DNA of 64,000 nucleotides, from NCBI GenBank assembly GCA_964016885.1, contig OZ024759.1, positions 34,720,001 to 34,784,000 of the forward strand, read 5' to 3'. Positions 27,655 through 40,419 of this stretch are shown here, one piece after another. The position numbers and the translations under genes were made by a program. The first letter of the stretch is position 1. Every line of letters begins with the position of its first letter. The stretch comes from Eledone cirrhosa. Lineage: Eukaryota. The notes beneath the pieces were generated by a model. That model saw only the letters and a list, made by a program, of their open reading frames with translations, did not search any database and had not been told where the DNA came from.

Positions 27655-28030
27655 TAAAATAACAGATTAAAGTTTAAGCAAAGAATCGCTGCTTTCGCCC
27701 TTAACGGGATCTTCTGAAAATATATTATTATTATATATATATATATATGTGTGTGTGTGTATATATGTATGTGTGTATGTGTGTGTATGTATATCAATGA
27801 GCAGTGCACTACACAGTAAAGGTCATTACTCTATTTATATAGGAAAACATATTGATATGTTTATATCTAAAATTGGATTGGCAATATTCTCGCTGTAGGC
27901 AATACTGGAGTTAACGTCCCACATGACGAGATACAACGTGACCGGAATTACTGGGAAGGGGGAGATAAGTCTTCTGGAGAGTTCCATTGGAACAAATATA
28001 ACTATATGATACTAATATATATTTACACAC
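25948..28030. repeat. ~250-bp near-identical inverted duplication around ~1.6 kb of mostly microsatellite
   Basis: 25948-26200 vs 27781-28030 reverse complement; I see one substitution and a 2-bp indel. Confidence 0.92.
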
Positions 28031-28420
28031 AGGGTATTTTCGGTTATTCCCGGTGTTTCCGTATGTTTCCGGGTATTTCCGGCTGTTTCCGGTCATTTCC
28101 GGCTATTTTCGGTCATTTCCGGGTATTTCCGGTTATTTCCGGTGTTTCCGGGTATTCCCGGCTATTTCCGATTATTTCCGGGTCTTTCCGGCTATTTTCG
28201 GGTATTTCCGGGTGTTTCTGGGTATTTCCGGCTATTCCCAGCTATTTCCGGCTGTTTCCGGGTATTTTCGGTCATTTCCGGGTATTTCAGTATATTTCCG
28301 GTTGTTGCCGGGTATATCCGACTATATCCGACTATTTCCGGCTATATCCGGCTATTTCCGGGTATTTCCGGCTCATCCCGGGTATTTCCGGTTATTTCCG
28401 CGTATTTCCGGGCATTTGCA
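28031..28420. repeat. 10-bp CpG-rich satellite (TATTTCCGGN)n
   Basis: gtatttccgg/ctatttccgg with ~10-bp period. Confidence 0.92.
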
Positions 28421-28430
28421 GGTGTTTTTG

Positions 28431-28712
28431 ACCTTCGCGCATGCGCAGTATGATCCAAACCTCGCGCATACGCAGTAAGGTCCAAACTTCGCACAAGCGC
28501 AATACGGGCCAACCTTAGCGAATGCGCAGTGCTGTCTAACCTTCGCGCATGAGCACTACGGTCCAACCTTCGCGCATGCGCACTACGGTCCGACCTTCGC
28601 GCATGCGCAGAACGGTCCGACCTTCGCGCATGCGCAGAACGGTCCGACCTTAGCGCATGCGCAGTGCTGTCCAACCTTCACGCATGCGCAGTGGGATCCA
28701 ACATTCGCGCAT
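28431..28712. repeat. 27-bp array carrying NRF1-consensus CGCGCATGCGCA, ~10 copies
   Basis: ggtccaaccttcgcgcatgcgcactac; period measured 28561 to 28588. Confidence 0.92.
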
Positions 28713-28744
28713 GGGAGAAAAGACAAGTCGATTTTCTCGAAAAA

Positions 28745-29335
28745 CGACGGAAACTAAACGGAACTAGCTGGAAAATAAACGGAAGATAGACGGATATTCG
28801 ACGGAAAATCGACAGAAAATAGAGGGGAACTAAACGGAATTCGACGGAAACCCGACGGAAAATCGAAGGAAAATCGACGGAAAATAGACGCAACTAGTCG
28901 GAAATAGCCGGACATACCCGGAAATACACGGTAATAACCGAAAATAATCGGAAATACCCGGAAATATCCGGAAACGCCCGGAAATAGCCGGAAATACCCG
29001 AAAATGACCGGAAATAGCCGAAAATACCCGGCAATAGCCGGAAATACCCTGAAACACCCGGGAATATCCGGAAATACCCGGGAATAGCCGGAAATACCCG
29101 GAAATAACCGGAAATACCCGGGAATAGCCGTAAATAACCGGAAATGACCGAAAATACCCGGAAATAGTCGGAAATAGCCGGGAATGACCGGAAATAGTCG
29201 GAAATACCCGGAAATGACCGGAAATAGACGGAAATATCCGGAAACAGCTGGAAATACCCGGAAAACACCGAAAATAACTGGAAATACACGTGCATACCCG
29301 GAAATAGCCGAAAATACCCGGAAATACCCGGAAAA
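28745..29335. repeat. (CGACGGAAAA)n then (CCGGAAATAN)n satellite, inverted relative to 28031-28420
   Basis: Direct inspection. Confidence 0.92.
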
Positions 29336-29449
29336 CACTTAGGTTAGAAGACACTTAGGTTTGAAGACACGACAAAAGTTCGTTGCAATGAATTGTGAAA
29401 CACTTGGACCTGAATCAAACCTGGATGTTTAGCATGGCCACCCAGCTTT

Positions 29450-29620
29450 ATTAATGGTTTCTAATTTAAATACAAGGCCAGAAATTAGGGAGAAAAGACA
29501 AGTCGATTATATTAACACCAGTACATCACTGGTATCTCTTTTGTGGATACCAGTAGTATGAAATATTAGGTTGACAATGGTCGGGTTTGAGCTCAGAAAA
29601 GAAAGGGTTTTAAACAATGC
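29450..29620 (-). mobile_element. Older, diverged tRNA-SINE copy
   Basis: ggtttctaatttaaatacaaggccag...actggtatctc...gggtttgagctcagaa aligns loosely to the 5818 family. Confidence 0.6.
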
Positions 29621-29646
29621 CACAATTACTCCCATAAATTAATAAA

Positions 29647-29829
29647 GTGGATTGGCAGTATCGGTAGAGGGTCTGACGCCATACTTTGCAACAAAGAGTT
29701 ACGGCCGTTTATGGTCTGAGTTCAAATCCCGCCCAGGTTAACTTTACCTTTCATCCTTACGGGGTCGATAAAATAAAGTACCAGTAATACACTGGAATAA
29801 TTGCTGGCCTTGTGTCAAAAGTAGAAACA
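29647..29829 (+). mobile_element. tRNA-SINE with 13-bp TSD
   Basis: Family match; TSD ataaattaataaa at 29634-29646 and 29830-29842. Confidence 0.92.
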
Positions 29830-29889
29830 ATAAATTAATAAACACAATTTCTTGAACGTGGAAGTATAAACAGTTAATAATTTAACGAT

Positions 29890-30461
29890 TAGGAAAATCG
29901 ACGAGAAAACCGACGGAATACCGACGGAAAACCGACGGAAAATAGACGGAAAATCGACGGAAAATATACGGGAACTAAACGGAATTAGCCGGAAAATCGA
30001 CGGAAGATAGATGGGAAATCGACGGAAAATCGACGGAAAATCGACGGAAAAATCGACGGAACTAGTCGGAAATAGCTGGAAATATCCGGAGATAGTCGAA
30101 GATAGCCGGAAATACCCGGAAATACCCGGAAAACACTCAGGTTAGAAGACACTTCTAACGTTAGAAATAGCTGGAAAACCGACGGGAAATCGACGGAAAA
30201 ATCGACGGGAAGTGGACGGAAAATAGCCGGATATAGCCGGATGTAGCCGGAAATACCCGGAAATAGCCGGAAAACACTGGAAATACGGGAAAATAGCCGG
30301 AAATAACCGGAAATACCCGGCAATACACAGGAATCTCCGGAAAACACCGGAAATAACCGGAAATACCGGGGAATACTCGGAAATAGCCGAAAATACCCGG
30401 AGATAACCGAAATACACCGGAAATACCCGGAAGTAGCCGAAAATAGCCGCAAATACCTGGA
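29890..30461. repeat. Second block of (GACGGAAAA)n/(CCGGAAAT)n satellite
   Basis: Same units as 28745-29335. Confidence 0.9.
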
Positions 30462-30827
30462 AAACACTTAGGTTAGAAGACACTTACGTTAGAAGACACT
30501 TAGGTTAGAAGACACTTAGGTTAGAAGACACGTAGGTTAGAAGACACTTAGGTTAGAAGAGACTTAGGTTAGAAGACACTTACGTTCGAAGACACTTACG
30601 TTAGAAGACACTTACGTTTGAAGACACTTACGTTAGAAGACACTTAGGTTAGAAGACACGTAGGTTATAGGTTAGAAGACACTTAGGTTAGAAGACACTT
30701 TCGTTTGAAGACACTTTCGTTTGAAGACACTTAGGTTAGAAGACACTTACGTTTGAAGACACTTAGGTTAGAAGACACTTAGGTTAGAAGACACTTACGT
30801 TAGAAGACACTTACGTTTGAAGACACA
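30462..30827. repeat. 16-bp tandem array CACTTAGGTTAGAAGA, ~22 copies
   Basis: Variants ttagg/ttacg and tta/ttt; short versions at 29335-29370 and ~30133-30165. Confidence 0.95.
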
Positions 30828-31164
30828 ACAAAAGTTCGTTGCAATGAGTTGTGAAACACTTGGACCTGAATGAAACCTGGATGTTGAGCATGTCCACCCA
30901 GCGTTATTAATGGTTTCTAATTTAAATACAAGGCCAGAAATTTGGGAGAAAAGACAAGTTGATTTTCTCGAAAAACGATGGAAAATAAACGGGAACTAAA
31001 CGGAACTAGCCGGAAGATAGACGGAAAACCGACAGAAAATAGACGCGAACTAGACGGAAAATCGACGGAAACCCGACGGAAAATCGACGGAAAATAGACG
31101 GAATTAAACGTAAAATAGACAGGAAATCGACGGCTATTTCCGGGCATTTCCCGGTGTTTCCGAC

Positions 31165-31377
31165 GTTCGCACATGCGCAGTAAGGTCCAAATTTCGCGCA
31201 TGTGTAGTAAGGTCCAAACTTCGCGCATGCGCAATACGGTCCAACCTTAGCGAATGCGCAGTGCTGTCCAACCTTCGCGCATGCGCAGTGCGGTCCAGCC
31301 TTCTCGCATGCGCAGTGGGATCCAACCGTCGCGCAGGCGCACTACGGTCCAACCTTCGCGCATGCGCACTACGGTCA
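31165..31377. repeat. Second 27-bp NRF1-motif array, ~8 copies
   Basis: Same unit as 28431-28712. Confidence 0.9.
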
Positions 31378-32830
<1,453 letters not shown>

Positions 32831-33041
32831 ATAAATAGAATGTTATATTTATAACTCAATTTCTAATTTTTAAATATACACCACCTTTGTGTTCTCGGTG
32901 TAAATCCTGTCGAGATTAATTTACAATTTTATAATTTTAGAGCAGCAAAATATAGTACCAGTCATTTTATGGGTTCAATTTAATCGATCAGCTTCTCCCC
33001 GTCAATCACTTGGCATTTGCCAAACAAAGACACACAAACAG

Positions 33042-33118
<77 letters not shown>

Positions 33119-33746
33119 ACGACAAATTTGAAATAAATTATGTGTTTCCAATAAAAGTTTAAAAAAAGAATTATTGAAAGTAAGAAATATTATTATTTAG
33201 TAATAATATTTTTATTGTTTGTTTTCACTGCATTAACTGCTGAGTGTGACTTATTTTTCTTACTATTTTCTACTCTAAATGGCGGCTGAGACGTCATTGG
33301 ATTATTAGTAAGATTTACTGGATGACGGCGTTTCCTTTTTGCATTATTTTACAAACAGTGGACATGGGCACCTCCCTCTATATACCTGGGATAATGTAAG
33401 GAGCATTGTATTTTTATACATAGTACAATGGTTATCTCTTCTTATATTTACATTTTCATCCCCAATTCTGTATTTTGAAGTCCTTTCATTATTTTAAATA
33501 TTTCTATCATGTCACTCGTTTGATTTATCTCCTCCAAAGTTGTAATTCTAAGTGTTTATCCTTGGTATAGTGAACTAATGTGGATATTTTCAAGTCTTGA
33601 CATTTATAGAATACTGTACTAATTATTTAAATAGTCTTATATTTCCCCCCTAAGATTTATCTCCTCTAAATTTTCTAAGTTTTCAAAATGTATTTGTGTG
33701 TGTGTATATATATATATGTATGTGTGTATTTGTGTTTGTGTGTGTT

Positions 33747-33873
<127 letters not shown>

Positions 33874-34016
33874 ATGCCCAGATCATGCTAGAATTTCAGC
33901 AACGTTTGTTTCCAATTCTTCTTTATTCCTGTTCATTCCATTCCATTGTTATTCTGTTTATTTCAGAATCAAGATGTCTTGGAGTAGCTGACTATCTTCT
34001 ACAATTATTCTCAACC

Positions 34017-34080
34017 ATGGATAGAAAGATACAGGCGGGAGCATTGATTACTTTCCTACTACTAACACTTTCTAAAACAG
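34017..34080 (+). CDS. Probable first coding exon (signal peptide) of a secreted or membrane protein; exon 33967-34080
   Basis: Acceptor ttattctgtttatttcag ends 33966; Kozak-like aaccATGG; MDRKIQAGALITFLLLTLSKT (basic N-region plus hydrophobic core); strong donor CAG|gtatgt in phase 1. Confidence 0.55.
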
Positions 34081-34424
34081 GTATGTATAGAGATATCTCA
34101 CTACTTTTGACACATCTCGTGTGGTTTTCTCTCTTAAACATAAGCTGTGCTGAGTATGTTACGTCAAACCGTCTCTTGGGCGGTTTTTCTATATTTCTTT
34201 GTTTGTTGATTATTATTGGCGATTTATTTGTGAAATGTTTAATAATGGCGGATATATCATTTCTTTAGAAACATGTATATGAAGTATATACATCTCCACC
34301 TGGATCTACACACACACACATATGTGTATATACACCTTCATCTGTATCTACACACATACACATACACAATTATATACATCTACATTTGTATCTAAACACA
34401 CACTCGTACACTCATATCTATCTA

Positions 34425-34446
34425 TATATATATATATATATATAAC

Positions 34447-34502
<56 letters not shown>

Positions 34503-34588
34503 AAACTATATATATAACTATATATATATATAACTATATATATATATATATAACTATATATATATATATAAAACTATATATATATATA

Positions 34589-34634
<46 letters not shown>

Positions 34635-34640
34635 TATAAC

Positions 34641-34685
<45 letters not shown>

Positions 34686-34727
34686 TATAACTATATAATA
34701 TATATATATATAACTATATATATATAG

Positions 34728-34786
<59 letters not shown>

Positions 34787-34798
34787 TATATATATATA

Positions 34799-34834
<36 letters not shown>

Positions 34835-34848
34835 TATATATATATATA

Positions 34849-34884
<36 letters not shown>

Positions 34885-34986
34885 TAGTTATATATATATA
34901 TATATAACTATATATATATATATATATATATAACTATATATATAACTATATATATATATATATATATAGTTATATATATATATATA

Positions 34987-35026
<40 letters not shown>

Positions 35027-35084
35027 TAGTTATATATATATATATATAACTATATATATATATATATATATATAACTATATATA

Positions 35085-35119
<35 letters not shown>

Positions 35120-35174
35120 CTATATATATAACTATATATATATATATATATATAACTATATATATATATATATA

Positions 35175-35211
<37 letters not shown>

Positions 35212-35246
35212 CTATATATATATATATATATATATAACTATATATA

Positions 35247-35285
<39 letters not shown>

Positions 35286-35322
35286 CTATATATATATATA
35301 TATATATATAACTATATATATA

Positions 35323-35381
<59 letters not shown>
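34425..35381. repeat. (TA)n array with TAAC and GTTA variants in both orientations
   Basis: tataactata interleaved with its reverse complement tatagttata. Confidence 0.95.
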
Positions 35382-35385
<4 letters not shown>

Positions 35386-35916
35386 TAGTGAATTTATATA
35401 CAAAATAATAACTCATTACTTGCTGCTTTAACGTTGCTGATGAATATATATATATATCATAAAAATAAATTGAAAAAATTCCCCATTGTATATATATCTG
35501 TTTGTGTGGGTATGAATTAGAATTCACCTGATGTCTGTGTTAGAGAAGAGAATGCATAAAAATACCTGTAATAATTATTATTTTGACGCGGAATAATATG
35601 AAGAGTCCGAAGTATTTAAAGATTCTGGCTGTTTCATTTTTTTCTGCCGTTGTCACGTGTTTTCTTCTTTCTTCTCCTTTTTCTGTACTCTTTTTGATGA
35701 AGAGGTAATCGAAGGAAACGTCAAATATTCCTTTCATTATTACTTTAGAGCTTAAAGATCACATCAATTATTTTCTTTGTCTTCGTGTGGAACTCATTTT
35801 AGGCTTGAGTATACGTATATATGTATGTGTTTATATATATATATAATGTATGTATATATACCCATATATATATTAATGTATATATATGTATGTATGTATA
35901 TACATATATATATGTA

Positions 35917-35971
<55 letters not shown>

Positions 35972-36524
35972 ATATACATATATATATATGCATGTTTATA
36001 TGTATATACATATATATATATGTATATATCTATATGTATATATATACATATATATGAATTTATATAGATATATAGATATACATAGAGAGAGAGACAGACA
36101 GGCAGACAGACAGACAGATAGAATGAATGAATGAAAAACAAAAAGAGAGGAGGAAGAAAGAAAGTAAGAAAGACGAAATGTGAGAAGAGAAAATGGGGAT
36201 AAATAAATAAGAAAGAGATAATAGAAGCGGAGACGGTTGAAAGAAGGAAATATGTCATCCATTAGAGAAAATGGCGATAGAATGTGTCTGATGTTAAACT
36301 AATTGAACCAATGAAAATAATAGCTCCTAGGCTTGAAACGATCATCAGAGGTTCTTCAATTATTGTCCCATCCTATTACAACAGAATTCTACCACGGCTG
36401 GTGTTGGTGGTGGTGGTGGTGGTGCTGTTGTTGCTCTTGTCGGGTGTGGTGATGATGATGATGGTGATATTAGTGTTGCATATATGTATACATCGGTGTA
36501 TATGTATATTTCGTTATTTATAAG

Positions 36525-36654
<130 letters not shown>

Positions 36655-37125
36655 TACATATTAATAGATATCGATACATACATATAAATATATACACATA
36701 TATATATATATACATATATATATATACATATGTATATATTTATAATCATTTATATATATACAAGTATATATATGTATATATATATATATAAAACATGAGA
36801 AGAAAGAAAAATACTGCGTGGTTTGCACATGGGTTACATATGATAAAAATAGTCCTTCGTCAGTGATTTTCCAACCATCATTGGTATTTCATATATATAT
36901 ATATATTATATATTGTTGGTGTTTGTGTATGTATATCTATTGCCCACCTCCCCAACCCCACCACCATTCCACTAAACTACACAATATGGTGGAATATTAA
37001 TGTGGAAGTGGGAGAAGAAAGATATTCACAAAACAATGTAAAAGACGAGGTTTAATGAAACCTTTTAGATGTTTGATGTGGATTTGAGCTCTTGTTTGTA
37101 ATGTATGTACTCACACAGATATATT

Positions 37126-37174
<49 letters not shown>

Positions 37175-37526
37175 TATTTTAATAAATATATATATATATA
37201 TGTGTGTATGCGTGTGTGTGTGTGTGTGTGTGTATTTGAAGTTGAAACAAAGTGGGAAGCTCTGAGTGGAAAATTAAAGTTAAATAAATAAATAAATAAA
37301 AACTATCCAATATGTCTGACAGGAGATACCGAAATAAGGGAAATAGCTTTTTGTGATGATAATACTGATATTGGACGACATACAGACATATAGACACACA
37401 CATACACATACACATATACACCTGATATTGGACGACATACAGACATATAGACACACACATACACATATACACAGATTTATTTTAGTGATACAAAGGAATA
37501 TTTATAAACCCCCATAAACACGTGTA

Positions 37527-37571
<45 letters not shown>

Positions 37572-37634
37572 GTGTTTAAATATATATGTATATATATATA
37601 TATATCTGTGTTTAAATATATATGTATATATGTA

Positions 37635-37798
<164 letters not shown>

Positions 37799-37945
37799 TA
37801 TGATATGTATATATATATCTGTGTATATATATATATATCTGTGTTTAAATATATATGTATATATATATGTATATACATATATATATATACGGTTCACAGT
37901 TTGAAAAATTATATGTATGTATATAAGAGTATATATATGAATGTT

Positions 37946-38020
<75 letters not shown>

Positions 38021-38494
38021 ACAATTTACACTTTGTTAAATGATATGTATGTAAGGTTATATATATATATATATTGCGGGTTCGTAAAAGTGTATCTATG
38101 TATATGTGTGTATGTATATGTGCGTATGTATATGTGTGCACGTATGTGCCTTTCTTTGGTTGATTGTGTGTGTTTGTGTGTGTGTGTGTGTTTGTGTGTG
38201 TTTGTGTGTGTTTGTGTGTGTGTTTGTGTGTGTGTATGTGTTTGTGTGTGTGTATGTGTGTTTGTGTGTGTGTTTGTGTGTTTGTGTGTGTTTGTGTGTG
38301 TGTGTGTTTGTGAGTGTTTGTGTGTGTTTGTGTGTGTTTGTGAGTGTTTGTGTGTGTGTGTGTGTGTGTTTGTGTGTGTATGTGTGTGTTTGTGTGTGTG
38401 TGTGTGTGTGCGTGTGTGTGTGAGTTGATGTAACTGCAACGGAAAATTACAGGCTGTAATAACACCAACAATGAGGTTTACAACTGATATGTTT

Positions 38495-39525
38495 ACAAAC
38501 AACAACAACAGCAACAACAATAGAAACACACAACAGCTACAACAGCAACACAAACACACAACAACTACGACAACAACAACACCAGCAACAACAATAGAAA
38601 CACACAGCAACACAAACACACAACAACTACAACAACAACAACAACAGCAACAACAATAGAAACACACAACAACTACAACAACAACAGCAACACAAACACA
38701 CAACTACAACAACAACAACAACAGCAACAACAATAGAAACACACAACAGCTACAACAACAACAGCAACACAAACACACAACAACTACAACAACAACAACA
38801 CCAGCAACAACAATAGAAACACACAACAACTACAACAACAACAGCAACACAAACACACAACAACTACAACAACACCAGTAACAACAATAGAAACACACAA
38901 CAACTACAACAACAACACCAGTAACACAAATACTAATATGTAGACCAAAATCTACACAAACAACACCAACACTACCAATAACACCCACAACACCACCATC
39001 ACTCCCATACCCCGCCACCACCACGACCATCACTCCCATACCCCGCCACCACCACCATCATCACTCCAATACCCCGCCACCACCACCACCGCCATCACTC
39101 CCATACCCCACCACCACCACCAAAAACAACACCACCACCAACACCAACAACAATAACAACACCACAACACCACAACACCACCATCACAACACCACCACCA
39201 CCACCACAACACCACCATCACAACACCACCACCACAACAACAACAACCACAACACCACAACACCACACCACCACCATCAAAACACCACCACCACAACAAC
39301 AACAACCACAACACCACCACCACCACCAACACCAACAACAATAACAACACCACACCACCAACACCACAACACCACCACAATTACCACCACCACCACAACA
39401 CCACACCACCACCACAACAACACCACCACCAACAACAATAACAACACCACAACACCACAACACCACACCACCACCATCACAACACCACCACCACCACCAC
39501 AACACCACCACCAACAACAACAATG
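38495..39525. repeat. (CAA)n/(CAC)n compound repeat
   Basis: Recurrent caacaatagaaacacacaac. Confidence 0.9.
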
Positions 39526-39648
39526 ACACGTCTATATCAATCAATATGTAATTGTAAAAGTGAAACTGATATTCATTTTCATTCCATTTCCGCCATTACT
39601 AACAATTACAGATTCTACATATTGTGTATATATATACGTATATATATG

Positions 39649-39717
<69 letters not shown>

Positions 39718-39720
39718 ATA

Positions 39721-39814
<94 letters not shown>

Positions 39815-39947
39815 TAACTACAACACCACACAAAGAGTAATAACACCAACAGCCTACTCCCTCCAGACCTCAGTCACCGCTCCAGTCACGACCATCCCCA
39901 ACACAACATATATATATATATAGACACACAAACACCACACACACAAA

Positions 39948-39995
<48 letters not shown>

Positions 39996-40065
39996 ATGAA
40001 ACAAACAAAACACTGGAGATAATTTTACAGTTATATTAGGTTCACGCTTTGTGGAAGTGGAGGAG

Positions 40066-40103
40066 GTTTCAACGTTTCAGACAAAAATCTTTCTTCAGGA
40101 AAG
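40066..40103 (-). ncRNA. Minimal type I hammerhead ribozyme motif with palindromic stem III
   Basis: Minus strand UUUC-CUGAAGA-aAGAuuuuugUCU-GAAACGUU^GAAA; AACGUU palindrome in place of stem III as in Penelope minimal hammerheads. Confidence 0.6.
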
Positions 40104-40129
40104 TTCGTATAAGGAGAGAACAGTTACAC

Positions 40130-40189
<60 letters not shown>

Positions 40190-40419
40190 TGAGAAGGTTA
40201 GGAAAGGAAGTTTAAAAAATTTAAAAAATAAAGAAAACAAGTGGTGATAGGGCGAGGTGGGTGAAAGATCTAGCCTGGGGGACCAGGGTGGAGGGTAAGG
40301 AGTGACAGGGGTGTGGTTGTGTCTGTGTGTGTCGAAGGGAAGAAATTGGTAGATGTATGTGGCTTCAGTCCATGTGTCCCAGAGTCTTATAAAGTGAAGT
40401 GTGCACACCATTGGCTTGT

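Noticed and set aside
28006-29354. FRVFPGISGY-repeat ORFs
   Set aside because: Product of a 10-bp satellite read in all frames on either strand
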